Source: Elusimicrobia bacterium HGW-Elusimicrobia-1
Lineage (GTDB): Bacteria; Elusimicrobiota; Endomicrobiia; PHAN01
Direction: 5' to 3'
Assembly: GCA_002841695.1 (NCBI GenBank)
Contig: PHAN01000016.1
Location: 4,024 to 68,023, forward strand
Length of the DNA: 64,000 nucleotides
In this document: positions 26,495 through 36,137 of the stretch, piece after piece
How the letters are laid out: each line of letters opens with the position of its first letter
How positions within the stretch are numbered: the first letter of the stretch is position 1
Made by a program: the position numbers and the translations under genes
The notes under the pieces: generated by a model
Databases searched by the model: none
What the model saw: the letters and a program-made list of their open reading frames with translations, nothing else
Told to the model about the DNA's origin: nothing

Positions 26495-27673
26495 ATGACG
26501 AGAGAACTCAATCGCCGCAAAGAAACGAACGAGTTGCTTCTGAAACTATCCGCCAAGTACGGACTTCCGAAACTTGAAGCCGTCGTCAAGGACGAAAATT
26601 CCATACTTTTCGGCAAGGACGTGTATGTGTGTCTGCACGACATCGTGGCCGCGTCCATGGAGACCGGGGATACTCTTGAAAATCTGAAAAACGCCAAGAA
26701 TATTTATAACTCGCCGGTGTTCGCCGTCAACGCAGCCAAGGGAGTATTCAGAATACAGAATAAGCCCGACTTTCAGGCGGCTCTCGAACAGATGAAAAAG
26801 TATTCCAATCAGTTCGCGCTGAGCCCGTACGCGGTAATCAATACTTTTCTGGCGGTCATAGCGGCCGGCGTCGCGGGTTTTAATCTCGACGAGCTTTTGA
26901 AAAAAGGCGTGGGACATATCGAAGGGTTCATTGCCCACCAGATACAAAACGCCGCCGGATGGGACGCGAAAAATCTTTCCTCCGTCAACCCCGCTCTGAT
27001 AATGCCCATCGGCGGCGCGGGCACCGGCAAATCGACTTTTTACCGCGAAATGCCCAACGTGCTGAATTTGTCCTGCGACAACGTGCGCTACCTGCTTTTC
27101 AAAGAGTTCGGCCCGTGTTTCGCTTCGTGGGAAAGCACTTTGGCCTGGTGGGTGGTCAATCAGCTGACCGACCTGTATATCGGCAAGGGAATGAGCGTAT
27201 TTTACAACGGCGTAAATACCGATATGGAGTATCGTTCTCCGATAACGATGGAGAACCGCGACCCGCTCTATGCCGGCATTCCGTATAAGATAAAACTTGT
27301 TTACTTCGAGCCGCCCGTGCGTCTCAACGCGGATGAACTTTCGGAGCTTAAAAAAATAAATCTGTGGGCCGCTCCGATAGACGCCGTTGACTTCTCGAAA
27401 CTTTCGCCGAATGTCGCCAAGATAATGGAACTTATCAAGAACAATTATCAGCGCACGCTGTCCCGTACCAAAGAAATATCGGAAGGCAAAAAAACGCAGG
27501 ATCCCTACGATATTCTTTATTCCGTGCCCGCGGCGATAGTTAAGCTGTTCATAGAACAGTCGTTCGACGAGCCCAAAGGCGGCAACGTAATTTTCGTGCC
27601 GCGCCGCGAAATCTCCGACGAGAAAGAACGCGCCGCGTTTTATAAGGAACAAGCCGCAAAAGTGCTGAGATAA
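26495..27673 (+). CDS. Uncharacterised P-loop kinase (AAA_33/polynucleotide kinase-like) with an N-terminal helical domain
   Basis: GGAGTGKS Walker A followed by LSCDNVR (D-x-x-R); AGGAG SD. Confidence 0.7.
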   Translation: MTRELNRRKETNELLLKLSAKYGLPKLEAVVKDENSILFGKDVYVCLHDIVAASMETGDTLENLKNAKNIYNSPVFAVNAAKGVFRIQNKPDFQAALEQMKKYSNQFALSPYAVINTFLAVIAAGVAGFNLDELLKKGVGHIEGFIAHQIQNAAGWDAKNLSSVNPALIMPIGGAGTGKSTFYREMPNVLNLSCDNVRYLLFKEFGPCFASWESTLAWWVVNQLTDLYIGKGMSVFYNGVNTDMEYRSPITMENRDPLYAGIPYKIKLVYFEPPVRLNADELSELKKINLWAAPIDAVDFSKLSPNVAKIMELIKNNYQRTLSRTKEISEGKKTQDPYDILYSVPAAIVKLFIEQSFDEPKGGNVIFVPRREISDEKERAAFYKEQAAKVLR

Positions 27674-27675
27674 TT

Positions 27676-27878
27676 TGTGACAATTGAAAAAGTATCCAAA
27701 ATGTCACCCTGAACCCTTCGTTTTTGTCACCCTGAGTGAAACGAAGGGTCTATCTTGTCGTCGAAAGACGAGATTCTTCGCGGAGTTTATCCTGAGGCAT
27801 TATGAGATTCTTCGCTACGCTCAGAATGACGCCGCCGAAGGACCAGAATGACAAATACGGGGTTTTTCAACGGCCTCA
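27676..27878. repeat. MITE-like element with nested REP-like palindromes
   Basis: Left tgtgacaattgaaaaa, right tttttcaacggcctca; internal tgtcaccctga x2, agattcttcgc x2, cagaatgac x2. Confidence 0.7.
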
Positions 27879-27915
27879 GTTTGTGATGACCGCTTTTTTA
27901 CGGGAGATACATAAA

Positions 27916-29955
27916 ATGAAAAGAAAAATGTTATTCGCTTTGGCTTTGGCAGCCGTAATATTTTCGCAGGCATATGCCGCGAAGATAGAAATAGTATCGG
28001 GCAACAAGCAGACCGGTGTCGTCGGAGAAAAAAGCGACGAATCTCTGGTAGTGCGCGTTCTGTCGGATGCGGGCAAGCCGCTGTCCGGTATGCGGGTGAG
28101 TTTCAGAATCGATCAGGAGCCCGGTCAGCCGTACAAAAAAGGACGGAAGGCGGAACTTTCTTCGGCGAGCGCCGCGACGGACAAAAACGGAACGGCGTCC
28201 GTGGACATTATTTTCGGGGAGCCCAAAGCGGGACAGTACGCCGTAACGGCTTTTATCGACGATAAAAATACAGTTCCCGCGGCGTTTGAACTCATGTCCG
28301 TGAAAAGCGGATGGCTGGTAATGGTCGCCCTCGGGGTTTTGGGCGGCCTGGGCGTTTTTCTGTTCGGAATGTTTTTCTTGAACGACTCTCTTCAAAAAGT
28401 CGCCGGCAACAAACTCAAAAACCTGCTGATAATGCTGACCAATAATCCGCTCAAAGGCCTGATGACGGGGCTTGTAGTGACCGGAATAAATCAGTCCTCG
28501 TCGGCCACTACGGTTCTTGAAGTCAGCTTGGTCAGCGTCGGTCTGATGACTTTTTACCAGTCGATGGCCGTCACCGTGGGCGCCGAGATAGGTTCCACGC
28601 TTCTGGCGCAGCTGGTGGCGTTTAAGGTATCTGATTTTGCGGCCATCATCGCCGGTCTCGGCTTTTTTATAACGTTTTTCAGCAAGTCCAAGAAAATCAA
28701 GCAGGTCGGCGATATCATACTGAGTTTCGGCGTGCTTTTTATCGGAATGAAGATAATGTCCGATTCTCTGTCTCCGCTTAAAACTTATCAACCCTTTCTT
28801 GAGTTGATGGAAAACGTCGCCAATCCGATAGTGGGAATTCTCGTCGGACTGGCCTTTACCCTCGTTGTTCAGTCGAGCGGAGCGACTACCGGTATAGTCA
28901 TATCTCTGGCGCTGGCCGGCACCATCACATTGAAACAGGCCATTCCGCTGAATCTCGGCGCTATGGTCGGCACGTGCATTACCGCCATACTCGGCTCCAT
29001 AGGCCGCGGGCGGGAGGGAAAACGCGTGGCGTTTTTCCACGTGCTTCACCAGATTGCGGGCGTCGCCCTGGTATTCCCGTTTATGACGATAATAAACTAT
29101 AAGGGAGCGCCGGCGTGGATACATTTTACGGAATGGTTCACGCTTACGTTTTTCGGCACCACGGACGTCACGCGTCAGATAGCTATGGCGCATACGCTGA
29201 TTTCCGTGTTTAACGCCGTATGGATTCTGCCGATTTTGCGTCCGGCTTACCGGCTTATCAATCTGGTGCTTCCGTCCAAGGAAGAGGAAAAACCTTTCGG
29301 GCCCATTTATCTCGACGAAAATCTTGTGGCGACTCCCGATCTGGCTCTGGTGCAGGTCCGCAAGGAAATAGTCCGCGAGGGCGAGATTGTCGTCGAAATG
29401 CTCAAGGAGACCATAAACGTTTTCGACTGCCGCGAGATAAGATTGTGCGACACGGTCTCCCTGAAGGACATCCGCGTGGACATTTTGCATAATGCGATAG
29501 TGCCTTACCTGACCAGAATAGGCCAGCAGGTGCTCAACGACGAACAATCCAAGGAACAGACGGCGCTTCTGTATATTACCGCGGATGTTGAGGCCGTGGG
29601 CGATATCATAGATAAAAATATTATGCCGCTTGCCCGCAAAAAATTCGAAAACAAACTCTGGTTTTCCGACGAGGGCTGGGAAGACATAATGCAACTGCAT
29701 ACGCGCGTTTTGAAGGTAATCGAACACGCCGTCAGGGCGATACGCGACAACGACAGGGAGTACGCCCAACTCGTCGCCAATTCCAAACCCGAAATCGGCA
29801 GTTACGAAGACGAACTCAGACGCAAGCACATCGCCCGCCTGAACGCGGGTCTCAAGGAATCGCTGGATACGTCCAGTATTCATATAGACCTCATCGATCA
29901 GTTCAAGCGCATCAACTCGCACACGTCGGCGATAGGTTTCGTTATTCTGTCCTGA
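27916..29955 (+). CDS. Na+/phosphate cotransporter (NptA/YjbB family) with a signal peptide, N-terminal Ig-like domain and C-terminal PhoU repeats
   Basis: Two QSSSATT/QSSGATT motifs, GAEIGST, GAMVGT, EAVGD, KRINSH; N-terminal invasin/Big_1-like SGNKQTG...TDKNGTAS. Confidence 0.88.
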   Translation: MKRKMLFALALAAVIFSQAYAAKIEIVSGNKQTGVVGEKSDESLVVRVLSDAGKPLSGMRVSFRIDQEPGQPYKKGRKAELSSASAATDKNGTASVDIIFGEPKAGQYAVTAFIDDKNTVPAAFELMSVKSGWLVMVALGVLGGLGVFLFGMFFLNDSLQKVAGNKLKNLLIMLTNNPLKGLMTGLVVTGINQSSSATTVLEVSLVSVGLMTFYQSMAVTVGAEIGSTLLAQLVAFKVSDFAAIIAGLGFFITFFSKSKKIKQVGDIILSFGVLFIGMKIMSDSLSPLKTYQPFLELMENVANPIVGILVGLAFTLVVQSSGATTGIVISLALAGTITLKQAIPLNLGAMVGTCITAILGSIGRGREGKRVAFFHVLHQIAGVALVFPFMTIINYKGAPAWIHFTEWFTLTFFGTTDVTRQIAMAHTLISVFNAVWILPILRPAYRLINLVLPSKEEEKPFGPIYLDENLVATPDLALVQVRKEIVREGEIVVEMLKETINVFDCREIRLCDTVSLKDIRVDILHNAIVPYLTRIGQQVLNDEQSKEQTALLYITADVEAVGDIIDKNIMPLARKKFENKLWFSDEGWEDIMQLHTRVLKVIEHAVRAIRDNDREYAQLVANSKPEIGSYEDELRRKHIARLNAGLKESLDTSSIHIDLIDQFKRINSHTSAIGFVILS

Positions 29956-29991
29956 CGGCCGGTGCGATATTTTGACAAGGAGAAGTAAGTT

Positions 29992-31383
29992 ATGAGCGAA
30001 CAACATCAGCAGCAGCCCGCGCTTTTCAACGAAGACGAACTCTCAAAATTAAAAATCACCAAGGTGATCAAACGCGACGGCCGCATAGTGGCCTTTAACC
30101 GCGGGAAAATCGTCGATTCGATTTTCCGCTCGGCGGTCGACGTGGGCGGCTCTGACCGCGCTCTCGCGGAGTCCCTGGCCGACAAAGTCATAACGCTGAT
30201 GAAACAGATATATCCCATAGCCGCAATGCCGTCCGTCGAGGAAATACAGGATCTGATAGAAAAAGTTCTGGTCGGCAACGCGCATTACCGCACTGCCAAG
30301 GCGTACATTCTTTACCGCGACGAACACAGAAGGTTGCGCGAACATAAAGACGCCAAAATCGTTGTGGAGGACAATGTGCCTTATAAAGTTCTCTGGAGAG
30401 TTTATTCCTGGAATGTGGATCACGGCTGCGACACGACCGAGAATATAGAAAAAACAATCCGCGACGGCAGGTTCCCCGAATTGGTGGCGGCCGCCGAGAA
30501 GCAGTACCACGACAACATAGGCGACGTCGCCGACAGAATACTGGAAAGAGCCGACAAAATAAAACTGGTCATCGTCGCCGGTCCGTCGTCGAGCGGCAAG
30601 ACCACTACGACTCTTAAAATCGGGGAAAAACTCGCCGCAAAAAATCTTTCGTTTGTCTCCATCGGGCTGGATAATTATTTTAAGGACCTCCAAGAGCATC
30701 CCAAGGATGAATACGGCGATTATGATTTTGAGACGCCGGAAGCGCTCGACTTGAAACTCATAAACGAGCATCTCTTTGAATTGATGAAGGGAAAAACCAT
30801 AAAGATGCCCCTGTATGATTTCAAAACGGGCAAGCGCAAACTCAACGCTCAGGAATTCCGTCTGGAAAAAAACCAGATTCTTCTCATTGACTCGCTGCAC
30901 GGTCTTTATCCGGCCATGACGGCGTCGATTCCGCACAACAATAAGTTCAAATTCTACATCGAGGCGCTCTGTCAGATAAAGGATTCAAAGGGCGAGTTTA
31001 TGCGCTGGTGCGATTTAAGAATGCTTCGCCGCATGATCAGAGATTCCTGGCACCGCTCGTACGACCCCGTGCGCACCGTCGGGCACTGGCATTACGTAAG
31101 GCGTTCCGAAAAGCGTCACATTGTGCCTTTCATAAATAAATCGGATTATATTTTTAACGGGTCGCTTCCTTACGAACTTCCGCTTCACAAGAAATATCTT
31201 TTCAAATACTTTGATTCGATACTCGGCGCTTATAAGGACGATCCCAAAAAGATAGACGCCTACATCCGCGCCAAGCGCGTTTACGATATATTATCGGAAT
31301 TCAAAACGGATCCCGACGACACTTGCGTCCCCGACAATTCTCTGATGAGAGAGTTTATAGGCGGCAGTAAGTACAGCTACTGA
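29992..31383 (+). CDS. ATP-cone domain fused to a uridine kinase-like domain
   Basis: ATP cone VIKRDGRIVAFNRGKI...VEEIQDLIEKVL...AKAYILYR; kinase AGPSSSGKTT, LDNYF, DFETPEALD, RMLRRMIRD. Confidence 0.88.
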   Translation: MSEQHQQQPALFNEDELSKLKITKVIKRDGRIVAFNRGKIVDSIFRSAVDVGGSDRALAESLADKVITLMKQIYPIAAMPSVEEIQDLIEKVLVGNAHYRTAKAYILYRDEHRRLREHKDAKIVVEDNVPYKVLWRVYSWNVDHGCDTTENIEKTIRDGRFPELVAAAEKQYHDNIGDVADRILERADKIKLVIVAGPSSSGKTTTTLKIGEKLAAKNLSFVSIGLDNYFKDLQEHPKDEYGDYDFETPEALDLKLINEHLFELMKGKTIKMPLYDFKTGKRKLNAQEFRLEKNQILLIDSLHGLYPAMTASIPHNNKFKFYIEALCQIKDSKGEFMRWCDLRMLRRMIRDSWHRSYDPVRTVGHWHYVRRSEKRHIVPFINKSDYIFNGSLPYELPLHKKYLFKYFDSILGAYKDDPKKIDAYIRAKRVYDILSEFKTDPDDTCVPDNSLMREFIGGSKYSY

Positions 31384-31454
31384 AAAAACCCGACGGCGTA
31401 ACAATATCCGCCCGCGATTCGTCTAATGCGCGGGCGGGCCGTAACGGCTTCTAT

Positions 31455-32474
31455 ATGCTCAGTGTAAGAGAGACGATCGAGGAGCGTGAAAAGACACTTG
31501 CGCCGCAGGCGCAGCTGTCCGGTAAAACCCGCGGTCGGGCATTAAGCGAAGACGAATGCCCCGTGCGCACCGTGTATCAGCGGGATCGCGACCGCATTCT
31601 CCACTCTCTGGCTTTCAGGAAACTCAAGCAGAAGACGAACGTGTTTCTGTCGACGACAGGCGAACAATTCCGCACACGACTTACCCATACGCTTGAAGTT
31701 TCCGCCATAGCCCGTACGATTGCCCAGGCGCTTAACCTTAATTCCGACCTCGCCGAGGCCGTAGCCCTCGGACACGACCTGGGGCACACGCCTTTCGGTC
31801 ACGCCGGCGAGGATGTCATAAAAAAAATCGATCCGGAATTTCATCACGCCCGACAATCGGTAAGGGTAGCCGAATTTTTCGAGAAAGAAGGCAAAGGGCT
31901 TAATCTGACGGTTGAGGTTCTCGACGGAATTCTTAAACACACGAAAGGCAAAAAAAAGATAAGCGAATTCGACGGCAACGGACTTTACGGCAAACCTCTT
32001 ACTCTTGAGGGTATGATAGTGCAATACGCCGACTGGGTCGCCTACATCAATCACGACCTTGATGACGCTATGCATATGGGACTTGTTTCTGAAAGCGATG
32101 TTCCGTCGTCCGTGGCAAAAACTCTGGGAACACGTCATTCGCGTCGCGTTAACACGATGGTTCAGGACATAGTGGAGTGTTCGGCCGGCCTCGAAGTCAT
32201 TAAGATGAGCGCCGGAGTCCTTGCGGCCACGGAAGAACTCAGAGATTTTTTATACCGCGACGTGTATCCGCGCCCGGAAGTTCTGGGAGCGGAAAATCAG
32301 TCCGAGCGGGTTATTGATTTCTTGACGGAAGGATTGACAAAACGTCCCGATATTATATATAAGGAATACCCTTGGTATCCGAGGGAAATACCGCTAAATT
32401 CGGCCGTAATCGATTTTGTCTGCGCCCTCACCGACAACGCCGCGCTGGCTCTTTACGGGGAGTTAAAAAAATGA
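31455..32474 (+). CDS. dgt: dGTP triphosphohydrolase-like HD-domain protein
   Basis: RDRDRILHS, RTRLTHTLEV, GHDLGHTPFGHAGE, AYINHDLDD. Confidence 0.92.
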   Translation: MLSVRETIEEREKTLAPQAQLSGKTRGRALSEDECPVRTVYQRDRDRILHSLAFRKLKQKTNVFLSTTGEQFRTRLTHTLEVSAIARTIAQALNLNSDLAEAVALGHDLGHTPFGHAGEDVIKKIDPEFHHARQSVRVAEFFEKEGKGLNLTVEVLDGILKHTKGKKKISEFDGNGLYGKPLTLEGMIVQYADWVAYINHDLDDAMHMGLVSESDVPSSVAKTLGTRHSRRVNTMVQDIVECSAGLEVIKMSAGVLAATEELRDFLYRDVYPRPEVLGAENQSERVIDFLTEGLTKRPDIIYKEYPWYPREIPLNSAVIDFVCALTDNAALALYGELKK

Positions 32475-32698
32475 AATGCTACGTCGACCGTATCGAAGAC
32501 GGCAAGTACGCGGTGATAAATGTGACGGGCGGCGGCGAGATGATAATTCCCGTGAAGCAGTTCAAGTTCAAAATCCGCGAGGGGATGCATCTTGACGCGG
32601 ATTTCCGTTGCGACAAAAAATCCGAGCGCGCAACTCTCGACAGAGTAAAAAAACTTCAGGCCGAACTTTTGGCGCGTTCCGGTAAAAAAAACAAATGA
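32471..32698 (+). CDS. DUF3006-family small protein
   Basis: MKCYVDRIEDGKYAVI...IREGMHL pattern; ATGA overlaps on both sides. Confidence 0.7.
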   Translation: MKCYVDRIEDGKYAVINVTGGGEMIIPVKQFKFKIREGMHLDADFRCDKKSERATLDRVKKLQAELLARSGKKNK

Positions 32699-34185
32699 TA
32701 AAAAGAGCTTCCGTTATTCTGGCGGCACTCGCCGTCGCGGCGCAAATAGCCGTTGCCTCCGACGACATCAAGATATGGTTCTCGAATCCGGACTCATCTT
32801 TGCCAAGCCCTCTTTCGCACGATACTTCCAAAAGAATAGACGCGGCGCTCTATGATTTCATAGATTCGGCTCAGAGCGGAACCACCGTCTACGTCGCCAT
32901 TTTTGAAATGAATCTCGACGGCTCCGGCGATGCCTCGGCGCTTAAAAACATAAAAGGCCTGCTTAACTCCAAAAGCGCCGACGGCGTCGCAATTTATGTC
33001 GTCGGGCACTCCACTGTAACTCTTGCCGGTCTCACTTTCCCGACTACGGTCTACCGCGCCGCTTACGAGGGCGAAGGCACCGAGGGTTCCGGCGGCCTCA
33101 TGCACAACAAGTTCGTCGTGCTGAAGGATTCCGCCGTCTGGACGGGGTCGTACAATTTTACTCTCAGCGCGACTTTGCAGCAGGACAACAACGCCGCGGA
33201 GATATTCTCGCCGGAACTGGCCGGGGTTTTCGAGACGGAATTCATCAATATGTACGGGCCGCTTGCCGTCGCTTCCAAAAAATTCGGCGACATTAAAACG
33301 TCTTCGGCGTCGGCGGCCGGCACAAACGTAAACGGCAGTTCCGTCACTATGCGCGACGGCACCGTCGTAAAAGTTTATTTCAACCCCTACACGACTCCGC
33401 AGACGGTAGCCGCGGCCATCGAAAGCGAAATCGCGCCGTCGCCTGTTTCGGGTATACCCGCGCCCGCGGAAAGCGTCGGTTTTGCCGCGGCGTGGTTTTC
33501 CAGAACGTCGATATCCGAAGCCATGAAAGAGGCGCTCGCGGCCGATGCCGGTCTTGATATATCAGGAATAATGGACGATCAGAGCAGCAATACGTCGAAT
33601 TTCTGGAGTTTGAAGACATCGACGATAAATGTCGTGTGGGACTCGCGCCGCTCGTCATTCGGGCGGGGGCTTATGCACCATAAATTTATTTTTATCGACC
33701 CGCGACGCTTAAACGGCCGTGTCGTTACCGGTTCGGCCAACTGGTCCAACTCAGGCGCGACTTCCGACGGCAACGACAACGACGAAAACATCGTCATAAT
33801 ATACAACTCTTCCGTAAGCGGTAAATATTACGACGAGTTCCGCAGAATGTTCGCGCTGACGGGTCAGGTTTCGGCGGGCGCCGTGGCAAAGGCCGTCGAC
33901 AACGTCATAATGTATCCGAGTCCCGCGCGGGCTTCCGCGGCTATAGGTTTCGATATCTCGGCGGTCGTCGAGAAAATCACCATCAAGATATACACGCTTT
34001 CGGGCGAATTGGCGCGGTCCATTACCCCTGAAACATATTATCCCGGGTTTTACAACGAGGTCGTCTGGAACCTGAAAAATTCCACGGGGCAGCGTGTCGC
34101 GCCCGGTCTTTATTTCATAAAAGTCGAAGCCGAAACTCCCGACGGAAAGTTTTTCGCGCTCAAAAAAGCCGCGGTGGGGAAGTGA
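32695..34185 (+). CDS. Secreted phospholipase D-superfamily nuclease with a C-terminal Ig-like (T9SS CTD/FlgD-like) domain
   Basis: Signal peptide; two HKD-type motifs (MHNKFVVLKD...TGSYN, MHHKFIFID...TGSAN...NDEN); tail YPSP...IYTLSGE...WNLKNSTGQRVAPGLYF. Confidence 0.82.
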   Translation: MIKRASVILAALAVAAQIAVASDDIKIWFSNPDSSLPSPLSHDTSKRIDAALYDFIDSAQSGTTVYVAIFEMNLDGSGDASALKNIKGLLNSKSADGVAIYVVGHSTVTLAGLTFPTTVYRAAYEGEGTEGSGGLMHNKFVVLKDSAVWTGSYNFTLSATLQQDNNAAEIFSPELAGVFETEFINMYGPLAVASKKFGDIKTSSASAAGTNVNGSSVTMRDGTVVKVYFNPYTTPQTVAAAIESEIAPSPVSGIPAPAESVGFAAAWFSRTSISEAMKEALAADAGLDISGIMDDQSSNTSNFWSLKTSTINVVWDSRRSSFGRGLMHHKFIFIDPRRLNGRVVTGSANWSNSGATSDGNDNDENIVIIYNSSVSGKYYDEFRRMFALTGQVSAGAVAKAVDNVIMYPSPARASAAIGFDISAVVEKITIKIYTLSGELARSITPETYYPGFYNEVVWNLKNSTGQRVAPGLYFIKVEAETPDGKFFALKKAAVGK

Positions 34186-34186
34186 T

Positions 34187-34356
34187 GGTGATTAGTGGCG
34201 AGTGGTTAGTGATTAGTAAATAAAACGGATAGCATATGAGCAAATTGTGTCTTTCGAGCAGTGTTCCGACGGCGCCCCGCGGACGAGGATGGCTCCTGCG
34301 ACGGATTGCCCTTGTCCTTGCCTTTACTATCCACTATCCACTCGCCACTAACCACT
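34187..34356. repeat. Inverted heptamer tandem repeat (third copy); the right arm lies inside a coding sequence
   Basis: ggtgatt agtggcg agtggtt agtgatt agtaaa ... tttact atccact atccact cgccact aaccact. Confidence 0.8.
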
Positions 34357-35207
34357 TACTATACGCCGCCGGTTCGTCCGCCGGAGAGTTTCTTAAAATA
34401 ATTCCCGGCGTCCGCGCCGCGGGTATGGCCGGGACTTTTACCGCTCTTGCCGACGATAAAGCGGCATTGTATTACAACCCTGCCGGACTTTCGCAGCTTC
34501 GCTGGAACGAGGCGTCGCTGTCCTATAACAGGTGGATAATCGACACTTCTCTGACGTCGCTGACCTACGGGCACACATTCGGCGTCAACGGCTCGGCGGC
34601 CGTCGGGTTTACCTATTACGATTCGGGCGATATAGAAAAACGCGGCGACACCAAAGACGCCGAGGGCAGTTTCAGGCATACCGGATTGGCCGCCCGCGCC
34701 GCTTACGGCAATGAATTTTTTGAAGGCGTGTCGCTCGGCATGGCGGTAAAATACGCCGCGGAGACGCTCGACGGCGATTCCACCGGCGCCATCGGCTTCG
34801 ACGCCGGAGTTCATTATAAGACCATTCTTGATTTCGGCGAAACATCTTTCGGCGCCGCCGCGCAGAACATCGGCTCCAAGATGTGGGAACAATATGATAT
34901 GCCTTTGCTTATTCGCGCCGGCGTCGCGCTAAAACCATCGAAAGATTTTCTTACGCTGGCCGCCGAATACGTCGCGCCTCAGGCGGGGATACCGTATATG
35001 GGGGTGGGTATGGAAATCACCCCCGGCGATTTGTCGCTGCGCGCGGGTTATAGGGCCGGCGTCTCCGACGTGTCGGGTCTTTCGGCCATCACGCTGGGAT
35101 TCGGTTACAGATATACGCAGGATTACGACTATCTGTTTAATTACGCCTTCTCGACGCAGGGCGACCTCGGCCTTATGCACAGGGTCGAAGTCGCAATGGC
35201 ATTCTGA
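34236..35207 (+). CDS. PorV/PorQ (UPF0164, FadL-like) outer-membrane beta-barrel protein
   Basis: FLKIIPGVRAAGMAGTFTALADD..ALYYNPAGL; alternating beta strands; C-terminal Phe. Confidence 0.82.
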   Translation: MSKLCLSSSVPTAPRGRGWLLRRIALVLAFTIHYPLATNHLLYAAGSSAGEFLKIIPGVRAAGMAGTFTALADDKAALYYNPAGLSQLRWNEASLSYNRWIIDTSLTSLTYGHTFGVNGSAAVGFTYYDSGDIEKRGDTKDAEGSFRHTGLAARAAYGNEFFEGVSLGMAVKYAAETLDGDSTGAIGFDAGVHYKTILDFGETSFGAAAQNIGSKMWEQYDMPLLIRAGVALKPSKDFLTLAAEYVAPQAGIPYMGVGMEITPGDLSLRAGYRAGVSDVSGLSAITLGFGYRYTQDYDYLFNYAFSTQGDLGLMHRVEVAMAF

Positions 35208-35224
35208 TAAAAGGTCGTTGGCCG

Positions 35225-36115
35225 ATGAAAAGACAAATAAAACATTATCGATATTCGGCGCTCATGCGCTTCTTATCCATTTTCGCGGCGCTGTCGCTGC
35301 GATGCGGCGCGGCCTTTGCCGACACATCGATACTGAAGGTTCATTTTCTCGACGTCGGACAGGGGGATTGCTCTCTCATTCAGACGCCCGGAGGAAAAAC
35401 TCTGTTGGTGGACGGCGGGCCCGAAGACGACTACTTCGACGCCGGCCGCGAAATTATTGTTCCGTATCTTAAAAAACTCGGCATCAAAAAAATAGACGCG
35501 ATATTTGTTTCGCACGCTCATCGCGATCATATAGGCGGCATTCCCGAAATAATAAAAAACTTCGAGGTAGGCGCTGTTTACGATACCGGCTACGCATATC
35601 CTTCGCCGATTTATGAAAAGCTCCTCCGGCAGATAAACGCCAATAAGATAACTTACATACAGGCGCGCGCCGACACCAAAGCGGTAATAGACCCGGACGT
35701 GGAAATAAAGATTCTGGCCCCCCCGAAGAAGCTTCCGTGGGACGATCCGAACAATAATTCCATGGTGGTACGGCTTTCGTACAAAGAAATCTCGTTTCTG
35801 TTTACCGGCGACATCGAGGCGGACGCCGAGGATTCTCTCGTCAGAATTTATCGCTACGGCCTGGAATCCAACATACTGAAAGTCGCGCACCACGGCTCCA
35901 AAACATCATCCGCCGATTATTTTCTGGAAGCGGTTAATCCCGAGGCCGCGGTCATACAAGTCGGACGCCGCAACCGTTTCCGGCATCCCAGCCCGTCTAC
36001 CGTCAAAAAATTAAAAGATTTCGGGATGAACGTCTACCGGAACGACATCGACGGCACCGTCGTCGTCGATACCGACGGTCATGTCTTTGAAGTCAAAAAA
36101 CTCGGGTTTCAGTAA
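35225..36115 (+). CDS. Exported ComEC/Rec2-type metallo-beta-lactamase-fold hydrolase (stand-alone)
   Basis: Signal peptide; FLDVGQGD, SHAHRDHIGG, NNNS, FTGD, KVAHHGS, NRFRHP. Confidence 0.88.
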   Translation: MKRQIKHYRYSALMRFLSIFAALSLRCGAAFADTSILKVHFLDVGQGDCSLIQTPGGKTLLVDGGPEDDYFDAGREIIVPYLKKLGIKKIDAIFVSHAHRDHIGGIPEIIKNFEVGAVYDTGYAYPSPIYEKLLRQINANKITYIQARADTKAVIDPDVEIKILAPPKKLPWDDPNNNSMVVRLSYKEISFLFTGDIEADAEDSLVRIYRYGLESNILKVAHHGSKTSSADYFLEAVNPEAAVIQVGRRNRFRHPSPSTVKKLKDFGMNVYRNDIDGTVVVDTDGHVFEVKKLGFQ

Positions 36116-36137
36116 TCCTGCGGCACAATAAATATCC

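Noticed and set aside
27931-30006. Long minus-strand ORFs (e.g. 27931-30006, 5724-7172, 10852-12177, 56031-57221, 22-1149)
   Set aside because: Antisense shadows of well-supported + strand genes, with no recognisable motifs.
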